DNA of 12,810 nt from an uncultured bacterium (GTDB lineage: Bacteria; Zixibacteria; MSB-5A5; GN15; FEB-12), in contig CBDVDR010000033.1 in the NCBI GenBank assembly GCA_965372795.1, forward strand, positions 1 to 12,810. The letters run 5' to 3'. The position numbers and the translations under genes are program-made. The notes beneath the pieces are model-generated. The model worked only from the letters and a program-made list of their open reading frames with translations, was not told where the DNA came from and did no database searches. This document shows, piece by piece, positions 1-8,714 of this stretch (position 1 is its first letter; every line of letters begins with the position of its first letter).

Positions 1-36
1 ATCATCAACAGAATTTAATTTTTTTCGTTTTAAATA

Positions 37-891
37 TTATTTTAAATCAGTTACAATTTTAAGCGGAGTCATAGGGTCAATAAACAAAGATGTTCCAATC
101 TGCACAGCCGTTGCTCCGCATAACATAAATTCTACAACGTCAGAAGCATTAGCAATTCCGCCTATGCCAATAATCGGGAGTTTACAACTATCATAAACCG
201 CATTAACCATCGCTAAAGCCACCGGTTTAATAGCCGGTCCGGTTAAACCGCCTTTATTGTTTGTCAATCTCGGTTTCCAGGTCTCAATATCTATGGCGGT
301 GCCTACCAGAGAATTTATCACCGAGAAGGCATCCGCTCCCCCATTTTCAGCCGCTTTACCAATGGCAGCGATATCGGTAACATTGGGCGGCAGTTTAGCA
401 ATAATGGGGCGGTCGAAAACTTTGCGTGAAGCGCTAACAGTTTTTTCTGTCATCACCGGATCGGCACCAAATTGCATCCCGCCTTCATCAACATTGGGAC
501 AGCTGATATTTAATTCTATCATATCTACGGTTGAATAATCATTCAGTCGTTCACAAATATTAACATATTCCTGAACAGATGAACCAGCCACATTTACAAT
601 AATTTTTGTTTTCTGTTTTTCTAAAAATGGGATTTTATCCGAAATAAATTTATCCACGCCGACATTTGCCAAACCAATGGCGTTGAGCATCCCGGAAGCT
701 GTTTCAGCTGTTCGGGGCGGCGGATGACCTAAACGAGGTTCTTCAGTAATTGATTTTGTTACTAAGGCTCCAAGTTTCGATAGCGGATATAAATCGGCAA
801 GTTCTTCACCATAGCCACAACAGCCCGAGGCTGTCATAATCGGATTTTCAAATTCTATACCTGCAATAGTCACTTTTATATTTGGAATCAT
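37..891 (-). CDS. pyrD: Dihydroorotate dehydrogenase B (NAD+), catalytic subunit, family 1B; stop at 37-39 appears premature and the frame stays open to the window edge
   Basis: Motifs NPIMTASG, PRxGxPPPRxAET, MLNAIGLAN, catalytic ELNISCPN, GGLTGPAIKPVAL, PIIGIGGI and GATAVQIGT. Overlaps pyrK by ATGA (888-891). After the TAA the frame reads YLKRKKLNSVDD to position 1. Confidence 0.96.
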   Translation of the reverse strand: MIPNIKVTIAGIEFENPIMTASGCCGYGEELADLYPLSKLGALVTKSITEEPRLGHPPPRTAETASGMLNAIGLANVGVDKFISDKIPFLEKQKTKIIVNVAGSSVQEYVNICERLNDYSTVDMIELNISCPNVDEGGMQFGADPVMTEKTVSASRKVFDRPIIAKLPPNVTDIAAIGKAAENGGADAFSVINSLVGTAIDIETWKPRLTNNKGGLTGPAIKPVALAMVNAVYDSCKLPIIGIGGIANASDVVEFMLCGATAVQIGTSLFIDPMTPLKIVTDLK

Positions 892-1682
892 AGCAATACC
901 TCGCCAATCTCAAAAACAGGTCCATCACAACAAACACGGGCGTGCTCGCCATTTCGCAGAAGCACCACGCATCCCAAACAGATGCCTATTCCGCACGGCA
1001 TGGGTGCTTCAAGTGAAAGTTGTCCGGAGACATTATATTTTAAGCCTAAATCATCAACCGTCTTTAACATTCCTTCCGGTCCGCAAGCATACATCCTGGT
1101 AGTTTTCAGATCAGTCTTTTCAAGCAGCATTTTTTCAACAAAAGTAGTTACTAAACCTTTGACACCAAATGAGCCATCATCTGTAATCGGGATAAGGTTC
1201 AGTTTCAGCTTTTTAATTCTTGAATGTTCAACAATATCCTCTTTGGATCGCCCTCCATAAAAATAAAATATATTTTTGGGGTCATATCCTTTTTCAATCA
1301 TCGTTTCGGCAAGATATAGGAGCGGAGGAAATCCAACTCCCCCGGCAACCATGATCACGGTATCATTTTTATTTGGCATTTTAAATGGATTGCCAAGCGG
1401 TCCGAGAACATTCAAACAATCACTTTTATGCAATGCTCCCATTATTTTTGTACCTCTACCGAATATTTTAAAAATAATTTCTATCTCATCTTTATTCGCA
1501 TTTGCTGATGCAATGGAAAATGCTCTTCGGAGATAGAGGTTTGAATCCGGTAATTGAATATGAACAAAATGACCGGGTTTGCACCCTTTTGCTATACCAT
1601 TTGCATTCAGAATAAACGAATAGTAACCATTTTTCAGATCACGTTTTTTTGCTATCGAAGTAATTACACAGTTTGCTTTCAT
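888..1682 (-). CDS. pyrK: Dihydroorotate dehydrogenase electron transfer subunit (FAD, [2Fe-2S])
   Basis: PGHFV, LRRAFSI (FAD binding), GPLGN, AGGVG, TDDGSFG, CGP, and the C-terminal EAPMPCGIGICLGC...RVCCDGPVF [2Fe-2S] motif. Directly upstream of pyrD with an ATGA overlap. Confidence 0.96.
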   Translation of the reverse strand: MKANCVITSIAKKRDLKNGYYSFILNANGIAKGCKPGHFVHIQLPDSNLYLRRAFSIASANANKDEIEIIFKIFGRGTKIMGALHKSDCLNVLGPLGNPFKMPNKNDTVIMVAGGVGFPPLLYLAETMIEKGYDPKNIFYFYGGRSKEDIVEHSRIKKLKLNLIPITDDGSFGVKGLVTTFVEKMLLEKTDLKTTRMYACGPEGMLKTVDDLGLKYNVSGQLSLEAPMPCGIGICLGCVVLLRNGEHARVCCDGPVFEIGEVLL

Positions 1683-3784
1683 CGTCCTAAATTTCGCGGC
1701 TTTCTTACTACATGTTTATAAACTTGCCATAGCCCTTGTTGTTCAGTGGGCATGGCTGAAACATCAAAAATAATTCCTGAAATATATAATGAAACTCTAT
1801 TGTCGAGTTCTTCAATTTTTGTTGGGTTCATCAACTTATAACCTTCAACTTTGCCAACAAAATCGAGCACCACTTGAAAATAATATTCATATTGTATCCA
1901 TTCCACCCGATAAGCCTCAAGCGGGAATTCAAATTCTTCGCGGTACTCACTCGGTCTCACATCACGATGCATATTAATAATTGAATCACCGTCGGGACCT
2001 TGATAGTAGCTAAAAGTTGGATCAATGTAACTGGTAGTATCTTTTTGTTCCAGAGAGAATGCATCTTTCCATTGATCATCCTCTTGATTTGACGGATCCT
2101 CAGTTTGCTCTTTAACTTTTTTGGGAGGCGAGTAACTGGTTCTTCTTCGAGCCTCTCCTGCCCAGGAAGAATTCGGAAACGAATCAATAAATTCATTATA
2201 GGCAAAAATCACTGAGGAATCACCCGGGCTGTCCAGCATTTCCATAACCCATATTTGAGCAAACAATGCCTGAAGGTAAAACTTGGAATCAGGGAAATTA
2301 ATGACCACATAATCATAGTAATAACGGGCGGAGTCAGGCTGTTTGAGATCTATAAATTCTTCGGCTTTATTTATATATATATAAGCATATCCGGTATCGG
2401 CAGCGGTTCCGGTTAAATTCAACAATTCATAAACTTCAGGAAGGTAATCACTCTTTGGGTAATCAATCACAATTTTTTTAAGTAGTGAGTCGACAGCAGC
2501 AGTATCGGCATAATATTCAAGATACATTCGTGAAAGAGCAATAATGCCTTTTGGAGTTTCATATCCGGTCGGGAATGAATCTATCATATATTGCATTTCC
2601 AATATGGCCGTATCCGGTTTATCCAATTTAAACCAGTATAATTCTCCGAGCAAATACTGAATATGCGCAGCATCGTCGATATCCTGCTGAGTTGTTGTAG
2701 AGTCAATTTTTAATTTACGTGCATAAGTTTCAAGCTTGCCAATATCAGAAGATTTCTGCAGCGCATCCTTGCCAATATCTGAACCTCTCGTAAAAGTAAC
2801 CGCAATATCATAATACTCTTTTGCTTTTTTTAGGTCGTCGTAATCAAATTGATAGATTAAGCCTAAATTATAATTAGCAATACCGGTCGCTTTTCTATTA
2901 TTATCGTTTTTTGCAACTTCAAGGTATGATTCTTCGGCAAGTTCTATATCTTCATCAAAAATATATCCCTCAGCAAGTTTTAGTTGTAAAACTTCAAGAG
3001 AATCGAAATATAGCTCATCTTCTATAAGAGTATTCAAATAATCCATTCCATAAACAATATGTTGAAGACGATAAGAACATTCGGCTGCTTGATACAAGGC
3101 GTGATATTTATCATCTAATTCGGGATCCATTCCGAGAATTTGTAGATAGGCACCAAGCGCATTTTTAAATTTAAAAGTTTTAAAATATCCATCGGCAATA
3201 TAATTTTGCGCTTTTAAGGCGTCTTTGTCTGATCCTAATGAATCTCTGACTTCAATAAAATAATTTTCCGCATCTGAATAATTTTTATTTTCATAATGAT
3301 ATTCACCGATTGCCATAGCAGCTTCTGCTTTAAAAACTTTATCAAAATCCATTTTGAAAATATCTTCGAATAGAAGAATCGCATTTTCCATATCATTTTG
3401 CATCAATTTTGTTTTAGCGATATATAGTTTCACTTGATCGATATATTCTGATTCAGGATAATTGGCGAGCAGCTCTCTCAAGCGGCGTTCGGATTTATGA
3501 AATTGCTTGGTATAATAATATGAAATCCCTAAAACATATAAGGCGTCATCATAGTATTTTGAGTTAGGATAATTTTCAATAACTTTTAAAGATTTCTCAA
3601 TTGCCTTTTTGTAATCGCCGCCGCCGATACCAATGGATTTACTCCTTGATTTGAGTCTGGCTTTTTCTGCTCTATTGAAAGATTTTTTGGCATTATAAAA
3701 GGTATTGTAATAAACGCAGCTTCCTGAAAAGCTTAGAATTATAAGAGAGATTATGACATTTAAAACAATTTTCGAAAATTTCAC
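1679..3784 (-). CDS. Tetratricopeptide-repeat lipoprotein (BamD/YfiO-like TPR units) with a possible degenerate C-terminal TonB-C-like domain
   Basis: GTG start, signal peptide with lipobox-like SFSGS-C followed by VYYNTFYNA. Multiple TPR helices with YP-x-S turns (IENYPNSKYYDDALYVLG, ANYPESEY, DYPKSDY, NFPDSKF). ATGA overlap with pyrK (1679-1682). Confidence 0.85.
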   Translation of the reverse strand: MKFSKIVLNVIISLIILSFSGSCVYYNTFYNAKKSFNRAEKARLKSRSKSIGIGGGDYKKAIEKSLKVIENYPNSKYYDDALYVLGISYYYTKQFHKSERRLRELLANYPESEYIDQVKLYIAKTKLMQNDMENAILLFEDIFKMDFDKVFKAEAAMAIGEYHYENKNYSDAENYFIEVRDSLGSDKDALKAQNYIADGYFKTFKFKNALGAYLQILGMDPELDDKYHALYQAAECSYRLQHIVYGMDYLNTLIEDELYFDSLEVLQLKLAEGYIFDEDIELAEESYLEVAKNDNNRKATGIANYNLGLIYQFDYDDLKKAKEYYDIAVTFTRGSDIGKDALQKSSDIGKLETYARKLKIDSTTTQQDIDDAAHIQYLLGELYWFKLDKPDTAILEMQYMIDSFPTGYETPKGIIALSRMYLEYYADTAAVDSLLKKIVIDYPKSDYLPEVYELLNLTGTAADTGYAYIYINKAEEFIDLKQPDSARYYYDYVVINFPDSKFYLQALFAQIWVMEMLDSPGDSSVIFAYNEFIDSFPNSSWAGEARRRTSYSPPKKVKEQTEDPSNQEDDQWKDAFSLEQKDTTSYIDPTFSYYQGPDGDSIINMHRDVRPSEYREEFEFPLEAYRVEWIQYEYYFQVVLDFVGKVEGYKLMNPTKIEELDNRVSLYISGIIFDVSAMPTEQQGLWQVYKHVVRKPRNLGR

Positions 3785-3849
3785 TTTACAAATCTTTCGA
3801 GTTTATCATCGCCCAGTATATTATACATGAACTCAATTCCATCGTTGCA

Positions 3850-4584
3850 TTATTTCCCTGTTTTTAATTCCTCTAAAAGTTGCGGGAGAAATTCCCCCGA
3901 TGCTGCCTCAAAATTGAAATCAGCAATATCAGTCAAAGGAGTAGCTTCGGGATTTATTTCAACCAGGGTGGCATTGTATCGTTTTGCAACTATTGGAAGA
4001 GTTGCTGCCGGATGAACTACCGCCGAAGTACCAATCGAAAAGAAAATATCCGCCTCTTCCGATTTTTTATAAGCTTCTGAAATAATGTCTTCATCAAGCA
4101 TTTCACCGAACCAGACAACATCAGGACGTATTTTACCGCCACAATGCTCACACGCCGGGATATTTTCAGGATCAATATCGGATTCATCGGTGACTATTTT
4201 ATTACAGTCAGAGCATTTGTTTCGATAGATATTTCCATGTATTTCAAGAACATTTTCTGAGCCTGCAATTCGATGTAATCCATCAACATTCTGGGTTATC
4301 AAGGTAAATTCATCAAAAACAGATTCCAGCTTTACCAGAGCTTCATGTCCGGGGTTTGGTTTGACTTTATTCATAAGGTCTCTACGCCAATTATACCATT
4401 CCCAGACAATTTTTGAGTTCGCCATAAAAGCTTCCATAGTTGCAAGTTCTTCCGGTTTGAATTTCCCCCAAAGTCCTTCTTTTCCACGAAAAGTAGGTAC
4501 TCCGGATTCTGCTGAAATCCCGGCACCGGTCAAAACTACACATTTTCGGCAGTTCTTTATGACTTTTACAAGCTCATTTATCAT
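3850..4584 (-). CDS. cobB: NAD-dependent protein deacylase, Sir2 family class III
   Basis: GAGISAESGVPTFRG, PNPGH, ITQNVDGLH, EIHG, Zn motifs CSDC and CEHC, RPDVVWFGE, GTSAVVHPAA, EINP. WEWYNWRR carries the Tyr-x-x-Arg of class III enzymes. Confidence 0.96.
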   Translation of the reverse strand: MINELVKVIKNCRKCVVLTGAGISAESGVPTFRGKEGLWGKFKPEELATMEAFMANSKIVWEWYNWRRDLMNKVKPNPGHEALVKLESVFDEFTLITQNVDGLHRIAGSENVLEIHGNIYRNKCSDCNKIVTDESDIDPENIPACEHCGGKIRPDVVWFGEMLDEDIISEAYKKSEEADIFFSIGTSAVVHPAATLPIVAKRYNATLVEINPEATPLTDIADFNFEAASGEFLPQLLEELKTGK

Positions 4585-4592
4585 AACTTAAG

Positions 4593-4621
4593 AAGATAAG
4601 AGAATCCGCAGCAAAAGACAA
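4593..4621 (-). promoter_or_regulatory. Putative sigma70-type promoter for cobB
   Basis: TTGTCT (4621-4616), 17 nt spacer, TATCTT (4598-4593), then 8 nt to the ATG at 4584. Confidence 0.5.
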
Positions 4622-4661
4622 TCTCTTAATCTGTAAATTTAAGAGCCTGCTCTATAATAAC

Positions 4662-6833
4662 TTAGCAGGTTGTTGCAAAGGTAGATTTTTTAAGACTTTT
4701 GGGAATGTTTTCGATCTTTCCGGCAAACAGATTAAAATCAAGTTTTTGAGGATTTGATGATATTTCAAGCTCAAATAAAGTTACCAAAGTAGTGCCTTGA
4801 TACACTTTTTCGAAGCCACCCTCTGAAAGGGATACTGAAAATATTGGTGACTGCCATAGCTCAAAAGGTTTATTGCCGCCAAAGGCTACTGCCAGTGAAC
4901 GATATTCATCAATAACTGAATAATTCAGGACATCTGTATATTTAATTGAAGAATCAAGAAATGTATTTTTATGCTTATAATTATTAACAGAAACATATCT
5001 GTCTTCGGCGTGTCCTGCCTGGAAATTAAAATTATTTTCAATCCCAAATCTTACTTTTAACGGTTCGGAATGGGTCGTTGATAGTTCGTACTGCATTCTG
5101 ACCAGATCGCCAGAATCAAAAATAAAACGCTTTTTAATTTTAACAGGGATTTTGTTTTCCGCCTGCCAAACCTTACCATTTCGAACTAATACAACTTCAC
5201 CGCGCTCTTTGAGGATTTTATAATCATAGGGTTCTAATATGAAATCACCATCTTCGCCGAATTTCCCGGTTTTGAATTTTTCAAAATCCACATCTGCTTT
5301 AAAAAAGTGATCTATAAAACATTTTTTTGGATACCAGTCTTCGATCAACAGATCCTTTAAGCCGGCTTCTTTTGCCAAGACCAAATCATGTATCGAACCG
5401 GTGTTAGCTTTTTCACCATGTAGAATCGCATGATCAAGTTTAATATGATAGCCTTCTTTTCTTCTTGTAAAAGTATCGCTGATATCAAAATTATATTTGT
5501 TCAGGGCAAAGTGAATTATTGAACCGCCTCGATCTGGTTTTATGACCGTTGTAAAAGTCTCATTGGAAGCAATCACTTCGGTTGAACCATCAACATCAAA
5601 ATCTGTTTCGATAAATTTCATCTTAGATTGATTCAGAAGCTTATCAAGTTTTGCATCTGATTCGATTAGAGTCTGCCAGATAGCCTGACGAATATGAGGC
5701 AGATAGATTCCACCGAAAACACCATGCCAGTATGGGCAATTACACTGTCCGGCAAATAATCTGTCTCTTGCCGAGGCTGCTTCGCTTAAACGGTTTGGAT
5801 ATTTATTTTCAAAGCGTTCGAGTTTTTTTGACACCGACAGCATTTTCTTATGCATCAAATTTGATTCTTCGTATTTTGAAAGAAACCCCCGCCAATGCCC
5901 GCCACGCACAAATCGTCCGAACCTTTCTTTATTGCCTTCATCTTCAAGCTTCTTCTCAAAGGTTTCATACTCCAGAAACGCCTGAGCAGGAAGCGACCAG
6001 TGAAGCATCTCTTCATAAGATGCCGACGGAATATAAGCCCGTCCCAAAGGTTTTTGTTTTGCAACCGTTGACAAGGGCACCACTTCAAGCCAATCTTCAT
6101 TCTCCTGAAGGGCATCAAAAAAGTTTTCGAGCCATTTGTCTTCGTAACAATGCTGGAAAGTATTGGGCCAGACTCCAAATTTTTCACCATCATCAGCATA
6201 AACAGCGCTTCCGGATGGATTTCGTTCTGCCTGAGACTTTAATTCATTGATAACTTCTTCAACCGTTCCAAAGGGAATCAGATAGCGTAATTTTTTTTGA
6301 ATAGGCAAAAGCGTTACCACATCGCCCTGATGTTCAGTCAGGTAAGGTCCATTGAGTTGATTTAATTCAAAACCGGCATAAATAAAATGGGTATCATCAA
6401 TGGGGAGATATTTAATTTTTGCTTCTTTTAAGAGTTTTGGCAGATGCGGTTCCCAAATCCGTTCAGTTAACCAGAGACCTTCGGGAGCAGATTGAAAATG
6501 ATCCTGAAGAAATTTTGACAGCATATTTATCTGTCCGACAACATCCCGTTCCGGGATCGAGGTCAGGATCGGTTCGTAAAATCCGCCTGTTAATAACTCA
6601 ATTTGATTCTTGTCTATCATTTTTCCAACAAGTTGAAAATATTCGGGATGATTAGCCTTTTGCCAGTTCCATAAAATCCCTGATTGATGAAGCGAGATTC
6701 GAATATTTTCATATCTTTGCAGCAATTCCAAAAAAGGCAAATAAGCCGAACGATGAGCATCTTCAAAAACAGCGTCAAAGTTTCCAACCGGTTGATGATT
6801 ATGAATGCCAAAAGCGAGTTTGAATTTGCTCAT
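4662..6833 (-). CDS. Glycoside hydrolase family 57 alpha-amylase / 4-alpha-glucanotransferase (GH57 catalytic domain plus DUF1925/DUF1926-type C-terminal domains)
   Basis: HNHQPVGNF, YLPF, ELLTGGFYEPIL, GLWLTERIWEP (nucleophile Glu), DDGEKFGVWP (acid/base Asp), SYEEM, GQCNCPYWHGVFGGIYLPHIR, TRRKEGYH, VSLSEGGFEKVYQG. Confidence 0.93.
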   Translation of the reverse strand: MSKFKLAFGIHNHQPVGNFDAVFEDAHRSAYLPFLELLQRYENIRISLHQSGILWNWQKANHPEYFQLVGKMIDKNQIELLTGGFYEPILTSIPERDVVGQINMLSKFLQDHFQSAPEGLWLTERIWEPHLPKLLKEAKIKYLPIDDTHFIYAGFELNQLNGPYLTEHQGDVVTLLPIQKKLRYLIPFGTVEEVINELKSQAERNPSGSAVYADDGEKFGVWPNTFQHCYEDKWLENFFDALQENEDWLEVVPLSTVAKQKPLGRAYIPSASYEEMLHWSLPAQAFLEYETFEKKLEDEGNKERFGRFVRGGHWRGFLSKYEESNLMHKKMLSVSKKLERFENKYPNRLSEAASARDRLFAGQCNCPYWHGVFGGIYLPHIRQAIWQTLIESDAKLDKLLNQSKMKFIETDFDVDGSTEVIASNETFTTVIKPDRGGSIIHFALNKYNFDISDTFTRRKEGYHIKLDHAILHGEKANTGSIHDLVLAKEAGLKDLLIEDWYPKKCFIDHFFKADVDFEKFKTGKFGEDGDFILEPYDYKILKERGEVVLVRNGKVWQAENKIPVKIKKRFIFDSGDLVRMQYELSTTHSEPLKVRFGIENNFNFQAGHAEDRYVSVNNYKHKNTFLDSSIKYTDVLNYSVIDEYRSLAVAFGGNKPFELWQSPIFSVSLSEGGFEKVYQGTTLVTLFELEISSNPQKLDFNLFAGKIENIPKSLKKSTFATTC

Positions 6834-6835
6834 TG

Positions 6836-7738
6836 TTAAAATAATTCCAATTTTAGATTAATATATTTTCTAGGATTAGCCTTTATATCTTTCACCAGAT
6901 CATCAATGTTATCTGCTGTTTTTAACAGATCATCATATAACTGACGGTCTTCCAACAATAGCTGCAAAGTGCCATCGGGCGAATTCAAACGATCGGCAAA
7001 TTCGCGGGCTGATAACGAAAGCGAATCCAAACCGGTCACGAACTCTTCAAGTTTTTTTGAAAATTTATTAAAGCGTTGCAGCGATGAATCAATAACCGAT
7101 GAATTATTGCTCACAAGTTTATTTATTTTTTTAGAGGCCTTCAAAAAGTTTTCAACAGTTTGATTCATCTTAGCGCTATTATCTCCCAGATAGTCTGATA
7201 AGGATGAACTGACATTTTCAAGATTTGCAACGGTTCGGTTAAATCGCCCCAAAGTTGAATCGGAACCGATTGTTTCTCGAAAGGAAATGACCAACTCATG
7301 CAGCTCGGTCACCATCTCCCCCATTAATCCCATGACTTCCGGCATCCCGGAATCGTAACTTCCTAAAGCCGGTTTGGAACGGTCAAGGGGTTGATCTGAT
7401 TTACCGGGATAAATAGCAACAAAGCGTTCTCCCATAAGACCATAATTACGGATTATGAATCTTGCATCTGCTCTCAGAATAACATCATTGGAAAGAACAA
7501 ATTCGACCAAAACGCCCTTGCTGGTAAGATGGAGATTGCTGACTTTCCCTTTAAAAATGCCGGAAACGGTAACAATATTGCCAACCTTGAGCATACCGAC
7601 ATCTTCATAAAACACCTGAACCTTTTGATTATTTTGATCCAGACGGAATCCCTGAAGCCAGTATAATGATCCGGCCAGAATGATAATTCCCAAAAGGATA
7701 AACAGCCCAACTTTAATTTCCAGATTTCGAGTCGCCAT
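6836..7738 (-). CDS. mlaD: MlaD/MCE family protein (single MCE domain plus helical extension)
   Basis: N-terminal EIKVGLF followed by a TM helix. MCE signature GMLKVGNIVTVSGIFKGKV...GLMGERFVAIYPG. Long amphipathic helical region ending in DIKANPRKYINLKLELF. Confidence 0.9.
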   Translation of the reverse strand: MATRNLEIKVGLFILLGIIILAGSLYWLQGFRLDQNNQKVQVFYEDVGMLKVGNIVTVSGIFKGKVSNLHLTSKGVLVEFVLSNDVILRADARFIIRNYGLMGERFVAIYPGKSDQPLDRSKPALGSYDSGMPEVMGLMGEMVTELHELVISFRETIGSDSTLGRFNRTVANLENVSSSLSDYLGDNSAKMNQTVENFLKASKKINKLVSNNSSVIDSSLQRFNKFSKKLEEFVTGLDSLSLSAREFADRLNSPDGTLQLLLEDRQLYDDLLKTADNIDDLVKDIKANPRKYINLKLELF

Positions 7739-7785
7739 GATATTAATTGTATCGGTAACTTATTACCATTTTATAGGTTAAGGGC

Positions 7786-8706
7786 TTATTTTTTGTCCAG
7801 AGATTTTAAGATAGTCAGATAATTATCATATCTGAACTGGTGAATTTTCTTATCTTCTAAAGCGGCTTTAACAGCACAATCCGGCTCATGGCTATGACTG
7901 CAACCCTTGAAACGGCACATCTGGAAATAATCAAAAAATTCCGGATAAAAATCTACCAGTTCATTTTTCTCAAGTTCCCATAAACCCATTACTTTCAAAC
8001 CGGGTGAATCAGCCAGATAACCGCCCTTGGGCAGCTCAAAAAGTTCTATATTTGTGGTTGTATGTTTGCCCCGGTTGGAATATTCCGACACGTCACCAAT
8101 TTTGCGGTCTAAGCCGGGAATCAGATAGTTTAACAGGTGAGATTTGCCAACTCCGCTATGACCGACAAACAAAGTGCGGTGATCGGTAAGCTGTTTTTCG
8201 AGTTCATCAACTCCGGTTCCATCAATTGCGGAAGTTCCATAAACTTTGTATCCGATTGATTGATAAGCTTTAATAATATATTCAAGATCAATTCTGTCGG
8301 ATTCTAAATCTATTTTATTTATAATAATCAACGGTTCCATATTTCCCAATTGGGCGGCAATTAGAAACCTGTCAATTATACCGGTTTTGAGAATGGGTGA
8401 TTTTACCGAGGCAACTGCGGCAAGTTGATCGAGATTCGCAGCAATGACTTGTTTGATAGTATCGGACATTATTGATGGACGAAAAAAAGCAGTCCGTCGT
8501 TCGAGAACTTTTTCAATAGCACCACGTTGACCGGCTTTATCACGCGAGAACAGGACATCATCTCCAACCGCAACCGGCGTGACAGCTTTGATAGCATGCT
8601 TAACTTTTTGCCGAACTTCGCATTTGATTGTACTGCCATTTTGTGTGCTGACTTGAAAAAGCCTGCCTTTTGTGGCAATAACTATTCCTTGTTCAAAATC
8701 TTCCAT
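7786..8706 (-). CDS. rsgA: Ribosome small subunit-dependent GTPase A; preferred start is ATG 8706, while the ORF track uses TTG 8733
   Basis: OB-fold VAVGDDV, AANLDQ, IIDRFL. Circularly permuted G motifs NKID, SA, GHSGVGKS, GKHTTT, DSPG. Zn finger CRFKGCSHSHEPDC. Confidence 0.96.
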   Translation of the reverse strand: MEDFEQGIVIATKGRLFQVSTQNGSTIKCEVRQKVKHAIKAVTPVAVGDDVLFSRDKAGQRGAIEKVLERRTAFFRPSIMSDTIKQVIAANLDQLAAVASVKSPILKTGIIDRFLIAAQLGNMEPLIIINKIDLESDRIDLEYIIKAYQSIGYKVYGTSAIDGTGVDELEKQLTDHRTLFVGHSGVGKSHLLNYLIPGLDRKIGDVSEYSNRGKHTTTNIELFELPKGGYLADSPGLKVMGLWELEKNELVDFYPEFFDYFQMCRFKGCSHSHEPDCAVKAALEDKKIHQFRYDNYLTILKSLDKK

Positions 8707-8714
8707 AGAGTGGT

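Noticed and set aside
37..39. TAA stop-codon reassignment (alternative genetic code)
   Set aside because: Other genes end in TAA at their expected C-termini, and no other gene has an internal stop.
2371..2384. TTATATATATATAA dinucleotide run as a phase-variation tract
   Set aside because: It is short, the frame is intact, and it is explained by Tyr/Ile codons (YIYIN) in AT-rich DNA.
3850..4584. Sirtuin as part of an anti-phage (Thoeris/DSR/SIR2-HerA-type) system
   Set aside because: It is a canonical Zn-binding CobB deacylase in a housekeeping context with no defence partners.
4623..4645. Inverted repeat CTCTTAA-N9-TTAAGAG between GH57 and cobB as a terminator
   Set aside because: The stem is AT-rich and only 7 bp, with a large loop and no immediate U-tract. 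It is too weak to call, though an operator role next to the cobB -35 is not excluded.
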